A stretch of 64,000 nt of DNA from a virus. Under the pieces are notes generated by a model. That model was given only the letters and a program-made list of their open reading frames with translations, ran no database searches and was not told the DNA's origin. Position numbers and translations under genes: made by a program. Location: positions 15,838 to 79,837 of the IMG/VR virus record IMGVR_UViG_3300042474_001185. One strand, given 5' to 3'. Positions 49,149-58,010 of this stretch are shown one piece after another. Position 1 is the stretch's first letter; each line of letters starts with the position of its first letter.

Positions 49149-49339
49149 TGACATTTGAAGAATTACAAAGGCAAGAGGTTGGGAGATTAAACAACGCTTT
49201 GATTTCTCAATCACTTCAGCCGCAAGATAGAAAACTACTTAACCAAAAGATGTTCAATCCTAAAACAGGTGAACTACAACTATTTGTTGATAATGGTAAA
49301 GGTGGTGTAAAGATGGCGGCGGTGAATATCTTTGAATAG
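49148..49339 (+). CDS. hypothetical protein
   Basis: coupled TAATG start. Confidence 0.6.
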   Translation: MTFEELQRQEVGRLNNALISQSLQPQDRKLLNQKMFNPKTGELQLFVDNGKGGVKMAAVNIFE

Positions 49340-49365
49340 AACGAACCCCTTTGGGGAGAGTCGTT
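49340..49365 (+). other. GC-rich stem-loop ahead of the Fe-S cluster
   Basis: AACGA-A-CCCC-TTT-GGGG-AGAG-TCGTT; no adjacent U-tract. Confidence 0.35.
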
Positions 49366-49399
49366 AGGTAAAAATTTTTGATAGTGAATATTTATTGGT

Positions 49400-49492
49400 A
49401 TGAAAATACTAATAATCAAAATACAAGCTATCATCCTAGCTATCGGAGTTGGGATATACGAATATTACAAAGGTGGAAGCAAACCATTTTAA
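49400..49492 (+). CDS. 30-aa hydrophobic peptide (not in ORF track)
   Basis: MKILIIKIQAIILAIGVGIYEYYKGGSKPF directly after the ATATTTAT motif. Confidence 0.4.
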   Translation: MKILIIKIQAIILAIGVGIYEYYKGGSKPF

Positions 49493-49505
49493 AAATAAAT
49501 AAATT

Positions 49506-49916
49506 ATGGCATATAGTGATAAGGTTTTAGACCATTATGAGAACCCAAAGAATGTAGGTACGTTGGATAAAAGTAAATCTAATGTAGGTACGGGATTGGT
49601 AGGGGCACCTGAATGTGGTGATGTTATGAGATTACAAATTGAAGTAGTGGATAACATTATAGTTGATGCTAAGTTCAAAACTTTTGGATGTGGTTCGGCA
49701 ATCGCAGCATCTTCTTTAGCAACTGAATGGTTGAAAGGAAAGAGTGTTGAGGAAGCGCTTACCATTGATAATATGGATTTGGTGGAGGAACTAAATCTAC
49801 CTCCTGTAAAAATCCATTGTTCGGTTTTAGCAGAAGATGCAATCAAATCAGCTATCAATGATTACCGTGTAAAGAATGGTGAAGAACCAATTGTGTTTGA
49901 AGATTCACATATATAA
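49506..49916 (+). CDS. iscU: Fe-S cluster scaffold IscU
   Basis: YSDKVLDHYENPKNVG, GAPECGD, FKTFGCGSAIASS-like, LPPVKIHCS. Confidence 0.97.
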   Translation: MAYSDKVLDHYENPKNVGTLDKSKSNVGTGLVGAPECGDVMRLQIEVVDNIIVDAKFKTFGCGSAIAASSLATEWLKGKSVEEALTIDNMDLVEELNLPPVKIHCSVLAEDAIKSAINDYRVKNGEEPIVFEDSHI

Positions 49917-49926
49917 AAAATAAATT

Positions 49927-50235
49927 ATGAGCTATATTATTGGTAAGAGTTGTGTTGATTGTATGGATACTGCGTGTGCTAGTGTATGCCCGGTAGATTG
50001 TATTCACGGACCTATTAATGTTGATGGTTCAGGTTCGGAAATAGAGAAAGATGGTAGAGAAGCATTTCCCGGTGGGCAAATGTATATCAATCCTGATGTA
50101 TGTATTAATTGTGGTGCATGTGAGCCTGAATGTCCTGTTTCTGCAATTTATGAAGATGAGGATTTGGCTATCAAAGCTGGTGATGAAATATCGGTACATA
50201 AGAACTACGAATTCTTTGGATTAAAATACGCATAA
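49927..50235 (+). CDS. dicluster (FdxA/7Fe-type) ferredoxin
   Basis: CVDCMDTACASVCPVDC and CINCGACEPECP. Confidence 0.92.
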   Translation: MSYIIGKSCVDCMDTACASVCPVDCIHGPINVDGSGSEIEKDGREAFPGGQMYINPDVCINCGACEPECPVSAIYEDEDLAIKAGDEISVHKNYEFFGLKYA

Positions 50236-50423
50236 TGATAATAATAGATGTAACAAAATTCAGCTCTATTGAACAGGCCCTTAAGGTGTATAAAAACAAA
50301 CACAATAAGATAGGAACTGTTAGAGAGTTAAGAGATAGACAAGTATTTGTTAAACCATCTATAAAACGTAGAGCGGAAGTAAAGAAGGCAGTGTACATGG
50401 AAAAAAAGTTTAACAATAATTAA
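50235..50423 (+). CDS. rpsU: ribosomal protein bS21
   Basis: IEQALKVYKNK...GTVRELRDRQVFVKPSIKRR...KAVY. Confidence 0.9.
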   Translation: MIIIDVTKFSSIEQALKVYKNKHNKIGTVRELRDRQVFVKPSIKRRAEVKKAVYMEKKFNNN

Positions 50424-50429
50424 TAAGTT

Positions 50430-50729
50430 ATGAAAGAGTGGATAGCAAAATATCAAAAAGCAATCGTAGGAACGGGCGCTGTATCGGTGTTAATAGTATG
50501 TTACTTTCAACAAAAAGAATTAAGTAAATTACGAAGTGAGCAGATTAAAGTATATAATATTCCTCATAATGTAGATTCGTTAATGAATATAGCGGATAGT
50601 TTACATGATGAGTTATTCATGTCTAAAGTACAAAACGGAAAATACGAATTAAGTTTAGAACATTTATACGAAATTAATCCTAAAGCTGGAAAGGAGTTTA
50701 CGGAGTTTATGGAAAATGAAACCGAATAA
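50430..50729 (+). CDS. hypothetical protein with N-terminal TM helix
   Basis: [16 protein letters not shown]. Confidence 0.65.
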   Translation: MKEWIAKYQKAIVGTGAVSVLIVCYFQQKELSKLRSEQIKVYNIPHNVDSLMNIADSLHDELFMSKVQNGKYELSLEHLYEINPKAGKEFTEFMENETE

Positions 50730-50731
50730 CT

Positions 50732-51061
50732 ATGGTAACCTTAGAACCTAAAGCATTAGAGCATGTGATTGAGTTAATGAAGGAAGGTGGTTTAACGCCC
50801 GATACTCATAACTTAAGAGTTGGTATCAAAGGTGGTGGATGTAGTGGGTTATCTTATACAATGGATTTTGATGATAAGATAGAAGCTACGGATGAAGTGG
50901 TACAAGCAGATGGACTGAAAGTAGTAATAGATAGAAAGAGTTTACTATACCTGTATGGTACTCAATTAACATATTCAGATGGATTAAATGGTAAAGGATT
51001 TCAATGGGAGAATCCAAACGCATCCCGAACTTGTGGATGCGGTGAAAGTTTTTCTTTATGA
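50732..51061 (+). CDS. iscA: A-type Fe-S carrier (IscA/HesB)
   Basis: [15 protein letters not shown] and [14 protein letters not shown]. Confidence 0.95.
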   Translation: MVTLEPKALEHVIELMKEGGLTPDTHNLRVGIKGGGCSGLSYTMDFDDKIEATDEVVQADGLKVVIDRKSLLYLYGTQLTYSDGLNGKGFQWENPNASRTCGCGESFSL

Positions 51062-51234
51062 TAAAATGGATTCCTAAAATATTAGCTTATATAGTTATGA
51101 TGCCTATTTTAATTATTGGTATTATAGTAGGTATTATATGGAATATAGTTTTGATTGGAGATTATATATTCGGAGATATTCGTAGAAAGGGTAAAAAAGA
51201 GATACAACAAATCAATAGAGAACAACATAAATAA
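51058..51234 (+). CDS. 58-aa membrane protein (not in ORF track)
   Basis: ATGA overlap with the iscA stop; long hydrophobic stretch then basic tail. Confidence 0.55.
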   Translation: MIKWIPKILAYIVMMPILIIGIIVGIIWNIVLIGDYIFGDIRRKGKKEIQQINREQHK

Positions 51235-51253
51235 AAATCTTGCATGCCATGCG

Positions 51254-51290
51254 AAACTCCTTAATAATATCCAAAAATTAAGGAGTTTTT
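51254..51290 (+). terminator. intrinsic terminator
   Basis: AAACTCCTTAAT...ATTAAGGAGTTTTT. Confidence 0.75.
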
Positions 51291-51292
51291 AA

Positions 51293-51324
51293 TTTGGTAA
51301 AGTGAAGAAAAAATCGTATATTTG
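51293..51324 (+). promoter_or_regulatory. Bacteroidota-type promoter
   Basis: TTTG-N20-TATATTTG. Confidence 0.82.
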
Positions 51325-51339
51325 TATAAATTAAGTTAT

Positions 51340-51513
51340 ATGCCGCTTAAAAAAGTAATGAAAGGTTTGGAAATATCCTTACAAGCCGAAAAAGAAATCC
51401 ATCCAAAAACTAAATTAGGAATGTGGTTTCACATTTGGAAAATGTATTCTATACAATCACGTATAGATGATATAAAAAAAGAATTATCTTATAGAAAAAC
51501 AAAAACAAAATGA
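51340..51513 (+). CDS. hypothetical protein
   Basis: ATG 51340 lies downstream of the promoter, whereas the ORF-track start lies inside it. Confidence 0.55.
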   Translation: MPLKKVMKGLEISLQAEKEIHPKTKLGMWFHIWKMYSIQSRIDDIKKELSYRKTKTK

Positions 51514-52163
51514 CAGAAGTATTAATTTTCCTAAACATTATGATACTAGAAATAGTATTGAGTATTGATAACGCAGCAGTATTAGCAGCGATGGTAAAAG
51601 AACTACCAAAAGAACAACAAAAGAAAGCACTAACTTATGGTATAGCAGGTGCGTATGTATTTAGAGGATTGGCATTGGCGTTCGCATCTATTCTTATCAA
51701 ATTAGTATGGTTGAAAGTAGCAGGTGGGTTGTATCTTATGTATTTAGCATATAACGCCTTATCTACAAATGTTGAGCAGGGCGGTGAAAGTAAGATGAGT
51801 ATTAAGATACCATTTCTATCAGCATTATGGTCTACCATCGTAGCAATTGAGATGATGGATTTAGTATTCAGTATTGATAATGTATTTGCCGCTGTAGCAT
51901 TCACACCTAACTTATGGTTGATATGTGGTGGTGTATTCATTGGTATCTTAGCTATGAGATTCGCAACAACAAAGTTTGTGAAAGTATTAGAGAAGAATCC
52001 TATATTGGAGAGAGTAGCATATTGGGTAATTGGTGCATTGGGATTGAAGTTAGTATCATCGTATTGGTTACATGATTTGAATACGGAAGCAATTGATGCA
52101 GTATTCTCAATCCTAACTTTATTAGCATTTATAATTCCTTTAATAATAAAAACAAAAAAATAA
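51510..52163 (+). CDS. TerC-family membrane protein
   Basis: LEIVLSIDNAAV and MDLVFSIDNVFAA repeats. Confidence 0.92.
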   Translation: MTEVLIFLNIMILEIVLSIDNAAVLAAMVKELPKEQQKKALTYGIAGAYVFRGLALAFASILIKLVWLKVAGGLYLMYLAYNALSTNVEQGGESKMSIKIPFLSALWSTIVAIEMMDLVFSIDNVFAAVAFTPNLWLICGGVFIGILAMRFATTKFVKVLEKNPILERVAYWVIGALGLKLVSSYWLHDLNTEAIDAVFSILTLLAFIIPLIIKTKK

Positions 52164-53419
52164 TGGCAGTACCAAAGACAATTAGAAGATTGACAGAAAT
52201 GGAATTGGAAGATATATTATCGGTGGAGGAATTGGATATGATTCCTACCGAAGTCCGAATGGCTATTAGTGAATCAATAAAATCATCAGAAGGATATGGT
52301 GATGGTAGTAGTACAACAACTGGACAATCTTACAAACCAATTGATTATGATGATTTTCCGATTGGTATGTATATGATTAATAAGACCGGTAGAAGTTCAT
52401 CGGCATACTTTAGAATATCGGATGAGTTTCAAGTTAAGCAAGATGATGCATTAGCATTAGTAGAGAGGTTAGGATTCGTTGAGATATTTAACAAATCACT
52501 ATTCATGCAATCGGGTCACTTTGAAAATAAAATCTATGAGAAAGTATTTGATGATGGTATCGTACTTATAATGGTAGACAGTATAGCTAAGAAATGGGCT
52601 ACATCGGTTTCTAAATCATATAGACAGGATAGAGGTATTAACATTTCATTATGTTCAAACTCATCACCTAAAAATTTTAGTGAGATAACAAATCAGTTTA
52701 CTCCATTAGCTAAAAGACGTAGAGAGAAAGAGAATAACATTGCCTTAGTAATACAAACAAATAGAGGTTATGATACAACTTCATTTGAGTTACCAAAGCA
52801 GAAATTAGATATTGAGTTGGGATATGGTAAATCGTTTAAACCAATTCACGAAAAGATTATACATAAGTTGAATGAACGAAAGAGTAAAGGGTTAGTACTA
52901 TTACATGGTACGCCTGGTACGGGAAAGACTCACTACTTAAAATACTTAGCATCAAAGATTAAGAATAAGAGAGTCCTATTCATTCCACCATTCTTAGCAG
53001 ATTTCATCACATCGCCTGAGATGACTCCGTTCCTAATTCAAAACGCAGGTTCGGTACTATTCATTGAAGATGCAGAGAAAGTAATTACGGATAGAAACAC
53101 TGGTGGTGGCAATGGTGTATCAAACATACTTAACATTACGGATGGTATCTTAAGTGATATCTTAAACATTCAGATTGTAGCAACATTCAATATGGATAAG
53201 AAGAAGATTGATGAGGCACTACTTCGTAAAGGTAGATTGATTGCAGAACATAAGTTTGATGCACTACCAACAGAAGATTCACAAGCTCTAATAGACCATT
53301 TAGGGTTTGATTATAAAACGGATAAACCAATGACACTAACTGAAATATATAATTTAAGTGAGATTGAGTATAAGAGTGAAGATAAAGGTAGAGCAACAAT
53401 AGGATTTAATAGATATTAA
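52163..53419 (+). CDS. AAA+ ATPase
   Basis: GTPGTGKT, FIEDAE, LNITDG, ATFN, IDEALLRKGR. Confidence 0.88.
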   Translation: MAVPKTIRRLTEMELEDILSVEELDMIPTEVRMAISESIKSSEGYGDGSSTTTGQSYKPIDYDDFPIGMYMINKTGRSSSAYFRISDEFQVKQDDALALVERLGFVEIFNKSLFMQSGHFENKIYEKVFDDGIVLIMVDSIAKKWATSVSKSYRQDRGINISLCSNSSPKNFSEITNQFTPLAKRRREKENNIALVIQTNRGYDTTSFELPKQKLDIELGYGKSFKPIHEKIIHKLNERKSKGLVLLHGTPGTGKTHYLKYLASKIKNKRVLFIPPFLADFITSPEMTPFLIQNAGSVLFIEDAEKVITDRNTGGGNGVSNILNITDGILSDILNIQIVATFNMDKKKIDEALLRKGRLIAEHKFDALPTEDSQALIDHLGFDYKTDKPMTLTEIYNLSEIEYKSEDKGRATIGFNRY

Positions 53420-53420
53420 T

Positions 53421-54179
53421 ATGGCATACTTAGATAAATCAAAATTAATAATTTTAGTTACAGGAACTACAATAGAGCCTTGGGACCAAAATTGGAAAGA
53501 ATGTGAAAGTACTTGGATTCCTGAATTGAGGAAACTTGGATATAATGTTATGGTTGCAATAGGTAATCCTGATTTAGATACCGATTATTCAATTAGTGGT
53601 AATATAATTACTTTTAAAGCAGATGATACCAAAACAGGATTATTTGATAAATCAATTAGGTTACCTATAAAATGGATATTACAACAAACCAATTACGAAT
53701 ACTATTTTAGAATTGATTCGGATTCTTTTGTTGCACCAATACGATTTGATAGAATGATGATAGAAAATTTTTATGAAATACCAAATCTTCATTATATGGG
53801 ATGCTCACATCCTGCTAATTTTATAAATCCACATTTACATAAAAGATTTTTTGTTTGTAAAGAAGGTACAATTGCAAGTGGGTGTGGTTATATGATATCA
53901 AAAGAAGCTATGATAATAGCGGATGCTAAAATGAGAATAGATGCGGAAGTTGATTATGAAATTGATGATTGGGTTTTGGGTAGAGCAATGTGGGAAAATG
54001 GAGTACAACTTTTACATGATTCTAGAATGCTATTTGAATCAAAGTATAATAAATTAGCAGCTGATCCTGATAACATAGGTTTGCCTGATATAGATAATCC
54101 ACAATCACATTTAGCACTTCAACATTATATGAATGGACATATGGAAGAAGCTATGATAAGTTTAGGATATAGAAAATAA
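53421..54179 (+). CDS. GT31-like (beta-1,3-galactosyltransferase/Fringe fold) glycosyltransferase
   Basis: YEYYFRIDSDSFV, YMG, ASGCGYMISK, DDWVLG. Confidence 0.7.
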   Translation: MAYLDKSKLIILVTGTTIEPWDQNWKECESTWIPELRKLGYNVMVAIGNPDLDTDYSISGNIITFKADDTKTGLFDKSIRLPIKWILQQTNYEYYFRIDSDSFVAPIRFDRMMIENFYEIPNLHYMGCSHPANFINPHLHKRFFVCKEGTIASGCGYMISKEAMIIADAKMRIDAEVDYEIDDWVLGRAMWENGVQLLHDSRMLFESKYNKLAADPDNIGLPDIDNPQSHLALQHYMNGHMEEAMISLGYRK

Positions 54180-54184
54180 AAGTT

Positions 54185-54544
54185 ATGAAGTTTAGAACAA
54201 GAAAATTAATTAAGCCCGAAGATTTAAATGCTAGGGGTACATTATTCGGCGGACAGATGTTAAAGTGGATAGATGAAGAAGCATCTATATTTACAATCTG
54301 CCAATTAAAAGAACGTAGTATTGTTACAAAGGCAATGAGTGAAATCAACTTTGTGGCATCTGCAAAAACAGGCGATATCATTGAGATAGGATGTGAGTTA
54401 GTACAATTCGGTACAACATCAGTAACTATAAGTTGTGAAGTCAGAAATAAAGATACGAAACAAACAATTATTAAAATTGATAAAATTGTATTTGTTTCAG
54501 TAGATGAAAATGGAAGACCAAAACCACATGGAATCATAAAATAA
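54185..54544 (+). CDS. hotdog-fold acyl-CoA thioesterase (YciA-like)
   Basis: PEDLNARGTLFGGQMLKWIDE, FVSVDENGRP. Confidence 0.9.
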   Translation: MKFRTRKLIKPEDLNARGTLFGGQMLKWIDEEASIFTICQLKERSIVTKAMSEINFVASAKTGDIIEIGCELVQFGTTSVTISCEVRNKDTKQTIIKIDKIVFVSVDENGRPKPHGIIK

Positions 54545-55128
54545 TGAAAGAGTTTATTTGCGCATATTGTGGTAAAAATACATATGATATAGATATAGAG
54601 TATTTAGTTGGATTCAATCACTTATCATGCGTACTTATGGATGAGCTTTCAGATGCCCTTGATAAAGAAAAAAAGATGAATAAGAAAAAACCAATGGAGA
54701 TAAAAAATTGGACAAAACTTAATTCACAAAAGTTTGATGTGATGGGAGCTAGTTTTGTTATAATGGATACTCGTATAGATAATAATGATACTGGAAACAT
54801 ATATTCAGCTTGGGTATATCCTTATAATGATAGTGAGGCGTTTCTTAGAATTACCTTATTTTCTAATGATATGCAATTACAAATTAAAGTACTCCCGCCG
54901 GGACAATTTACAATCCCACCTATGGATTTAACTACAACAATAACTAAAGTACACTTATCAAATCCATCTATCTTTATACAAACAATAGCTGAAGGATTAT
55001 TGGATGACCCTACTGTTAGAAATATGATAGAGTTTATAGGTAGAAAGCAAGATATTAGACCCAAAGTAAAACCAGCTAACCCTGCTGGTACATATGGGTT
55101 TCCAACATCTTCAACAAATCTTTGGTAA
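54544..55128 (+). CDS. hypothetical protein
   Basis: 194 aa; N-terminal CxxC...HxxC. Confidence 0.6.
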   Translation: MKEFICAYCGKNTYDIDIEYLVGFNHLSCVLMDELSDALDKEKKMNKKKPMEIKNWTKLNSQKFDVMGASFVIMDTRIDNNDTGNIYSAWVYPYNDSEAFLRITLFSNDMQLQIKVLPPGQFTIPPMDLTTTITKVHLSNPSIFIQTIAEGLLDDPTVRNMIEFIGRKQDIRPKVKPANPAGTYGFPTSSTNLW

Positions 55129-55152
55129 TATCAGGTATTTTTCGTATCTTTA
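55121..55152 (+). promoter_or_regulatory. Bacteroidota-type promoter
   Basis: TTTG-N20-TATCTTTA, only 4 nt before ATG 55157, so possibly a leaderless mRNA. Confidence 0.7.
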
Positions 55153-55156
55153 CAAT

Positions 55157-55495
55157 ATGAATATATTAATAGGATTTCTTTATGGCTTGGTAGCGCAAGT
55201 ATTAACCTTCTATCAATTACAGGGTAGTATCAAATATGGTTGGTATGAAAAATATCCAATCATAGTAATTTTGGCATCCATACCATCGGGTTGGTTATTC
55301 CTAAAATCAGTACAACATTTTGTTATTGCATTTGGTGGGGAAATATGGCCATCTCGTTTGATAGGATATGGAATTGGTGTAGTTATATTTACCTTAATGA
55401 GTTATTATTTATTCAAAGAACCACTTACTGCAAAAACATTAGTTTGTTTAGGATTGAGTGTAGCTATAATAATGATACAAATACTTTGGAAATGA
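55157..55495 (+). CDS. small 4-TM membrane protein (DMT-like)
   Basis: four hydrophobic helices, FKEPLTAKTLVCLGL. Confidence 0.7.
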   Translation: MNILIGFLYGLVAQVLTFYQLQGSIKYGWYEKYPIIVILASIPSGWLFLKSVQHFVIAFGGEIWPSRLIGYGIGVVIFTLMSYYLFKEPLTAKTLVCLGLSVAIIMIQILWK

Positions 55496-55731
55496 TAATT
55501 AATATTTTACCGGATGAGTTAGAGCCGGAATTTAGAGAAAGTTGGAAGATGGGATTTATAACTCAGCCATCTATTGATTATGCAGATAACGCAATTTGGG
55601 CAATCTTTGAAGGTAGACAGATAACCATTTTTAGATTCAAAGAATATGGTTTTATAAATGATAATAGACATAATAGTTATAGTATATCAGCTGGAAGTGC
55701 TGGGGTAACAATTAAAATAGATAAAAAATGA
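55492..55731 (+). CDS. hypothetical protein
   Basis: ATGA-coupled start MIINILPDELEPEF; upstream extension in the ORF track is unlikely. Confidence 0.6.
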   Translation: MIINILPDELEPEFRESWKMGFITQPSIDYADNAIWAIFEGRQITIFRFKEYGFINDNRHNSYSISAGSAGVTIKIDKK

Positions 55732-56582
55732 ATGTAGTAATTACAGGTGGTGCTGGTTTTGTTGGAACTAACTTAGCAAAGAAATTGGTAGAAGATGGGC
55801 ATAAGGTAATCGTATTGGATGATTATTCAGTAGGTACAGTAGAAAATCAAATAGAAGGTGTTAAGTATATACCAATGAATATAGAGCAGATAAACTATAT
55901 GAGTGGTGCGGAAGTTGATATATGTTTTCATCTTGCAGCACTTAGTAGAATCCAGCCATCATTTGAAAACCCATCGGAGTTTTTTAGAGTTAATACATCT
56001 GGAACTGAAGCTGTATGTGAGTGGGCTAGAAAGGGTAATGTAAAAGTTGTATATGCTGGTTCATCTTCACAATGGCATGACCCATTTCAATCACCCTACG
56101 CAATGTATAAGAAGTTGGGTGAGGATGTGTGTAAGATGTATAAAAAAGTATTTGGTACTAACATTGAAATTGCCAGATTTTATAATGTATATGGTCCACA
56201 TGAAATTACCGAAGGTAAGTGGGCGGCTGTGATTGGTAAGTGGAGAGGGCAAGTTGAAAAGAACCACCCTATTACAATTGTGGGTGATGGTGAACAAAGG
56301 AGAGATTTTACGCATGTTGATGATATTGTAGATGGTTTGATTAAGATTGCATTTGGGGATGAAAAGCACGAAGATGCTTGGGAGTTGGGTACTGGATTTA
56401 ATTATTCTCTAAATGAAGTGGCTGATATGTTCATCAAAAAGTTCAGTTGTGTGAAGGTGTATATGACTGATGAGAGGGGTAATTATAGAGAAACAAAAAG
56501 AGAAAATAATGATGCTCTTAATAGACTTAATTGGAGACCAAAAGATGTATTAAGAGAGTATATTGAAAATTTAGAAAAATAA
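55728..56582 (+). CDS. NAD-dependent epimerase/dehydratase
   Basis: GGAGFVG, HLAA, YAMYK, RFYNVYGP, GDGEQRRDFTHV. Confidence 0.9.
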   Translation: MNVVITGGAGFVGTNLAKKLVEDGHKVIVLDDYSVGTVENQIEGVKYIPMNIEQINYMSGAEVDICFHLAALSRIQPSFENPSEFFRVNTSGTEAVCEWARKGNVKVVYAGSSSQWHDPFQSPYAMYKKLGEDVCKMYKKVFGTNIEIARFYNVYGPHEITEGKWAAVIGKWRGQVEKNHPITIVGDGEQRRDFTHVDDIVDGLIKIAFGDEKHEDAWELGTGFNYSLNEVADMFIKKFSCVKVYMTDERGNYRETKRENNDALNRLNWRPKDVLREYIENLEK

Positions 56583-56587
56583 TAATT

Positions 56588-56746
56588 ATGAGTGGCTTAA
56601 CAATTATTGGAATCGTTTTTGTGTTAGTATGGGTTTGGATTATATATTGTGGGTGGAGTGCACCTATGATGGAAGAACAACCCGATGGTAGCTGGAAAAC
56701 GATAAAACCGGAAAAGAAATTATCAGACCTCTTTAAGAAAAAATAA
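56588..56746 (+). CDS. 52-aa membrane peptide (not in ORF track)
   Basis: MSGLTIIGIVFVLVWVWIIYCGWSAPMMEEQ... Confidence 0.6.
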   Translation: MSGLTIIGIVFVLVWVWIIYCGWSAPMMEEQPDGSWKTIKPEKKLSDLFKKK

Positions 56747-56749
56747 GTT

Positions 56750-57322
56750 ATGAAAGTAGAATTTAAAGATTCATTCTTTGAGAGTGTAGAGAAATTGGTT
56801 TGGTATGATAGCAACCTATGGAAAGTATGGGCAGCTATAAGATATGATATTCCCCTATTCTTTAAGAATGTGTGGAGGTTCAGAAAGGAGTTATATAATC
56901 ACCAATGGTGGGATTATCGTTTCCATTTAGAAATGATGTATCGCTCTTTGAGTATTATGGAGAAGGGAATGAGTGATAAAGGAATGGAAGTTGCTGAGAC
57001 CCGAAATGTAAAGATAATAATGATGCGTAGAGCATTGGAGTTACTTAAGCATAAGTTGGATGATGATTATATTCAAAGAGCTGAATTAGAACTTGGGGCT
57101 ATTAATCATAGTGAGTTTGAGTTTGAGAAAACGGAAGATGGAAATTATAGATTGATAGATAACGATACACCAGCTGACAAAAAGCATGCTAGGAAAGTAT
57201 ATAAGAGAGCAAGAGTTATAGAAGATAAGGAGTGGGTGGAATTATGGAGCATCTTCAGGGGAAACAAATTTACTACTTGGGAAAAATACGATGGTAGTGA
57301 TTTGAGAGGATGGTGGGACTAG
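56750..57322 (+). CDS. phage-type hypothetical protein
   Basis: WWDY near the N-terminus and terminal LRGWWD. Confidence 0.75.
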   Translation: MKVEFKDSFFESVEKLVWYDSNLWKVWAAIRYDIPLFFKNVWRFRKELYNHQWWDYRFHLEMMYRSLSIMEKGMSDKGMEVAETRNVKIIMMRRALELLKHKLDDDYIQRAELELGAINHSEFEFEKTEDGNYRLIDNDTPADKKHARKVYKRARVIEDKEWVELWSIFRGNKFTTWEKYDGSDLRGWWD

Positions 57323-57358
57323 AAGTCCAACAAAGGGGTAAACAAACAAAAACAATAT

Positions 57359-57556
57359 ATGGTGGGAATTATTATTTTTGTTGTTGCTTCAACAGCGTTA
57401 CTAAGCTGGGCATGGGTTAGAGGAATTGACTACATGAACAAAAAACATCCTGAATACAAAGGAGAAGATTTGTTCGGAGAAGATGAATGTGTAACTAAAA
57501 CCGCAGGTAGAGATGGTTGGGATGACAACATTATTCATGGAGAAGGAGATTTTTAG
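57359..57556 (+). CDS. small membrane protein
   Basis: N-terminal TM helix followed by GIDYMNKKHPEYKGEDLF. Confidence 0.65.
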   Translation: MVGIIIFVVASTALLSWAWVRGIDYMNKKHPEYKGEDLFGEDECVTKTAGRDGWDDNIIHGEGDF

Positions 57557-57623
57557 TACTAACTAAATCAATCTATTCAAAGTTATGATTATACATGACC
57601 AGGCGGAGTATTAACTTTATTTT

Positions 57624-58007
57624 ATGAAGATTTGGATTAACGGATGTTTTGATGTTTTACACTACGGTCACTTTAAGTTGATTAACTATGCTCGTTCATT
57701 TGGAGGTGAGTTGATTGTAGGTATTGATTCGGACAGAAGAATTAAAGAAAGTAAAGGAGAGAATAGACCTATTCATACAGCCGAACAAAGAAAATACAAC
57801 TTACTACAATTGGTAGGTGTTAGGGATGTTTGGGTATTTGATACTGATGCAGAATTGGATGAACTTATAAAAAACTATCAGCCTGATATTTTTGTCATAG
57901 GTGATGATTATAAATACAAACCAATTATAGGATATAACTATGCAAAAGAAGTTAAGTTTTTTGATAGGATATCTGAATTGAGTACAACTAAAATTATAAA
58001 TAAATAA
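57624..58007 (+). CDS. HldE/RfaE nucleotidyltransferase domain (HldC-like)
   Basis: NGCFDVLHYGH, VGIDSD, KGENRPI, GDDY, STTKII. Confidence 0.88.
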   Translation: MKIWINGCFDVLHYGHFKLINYARSFGGELIVGIDSDRRIKESKGENRPIHTAEQRKYNLLQLVGVRDVWVFDTDAELDELIKNYQPDIFVIGDDYKYKPIIGYNYAKEVKFFDRISELSTTKIINK

Positions 58008-58010
58008 AAT

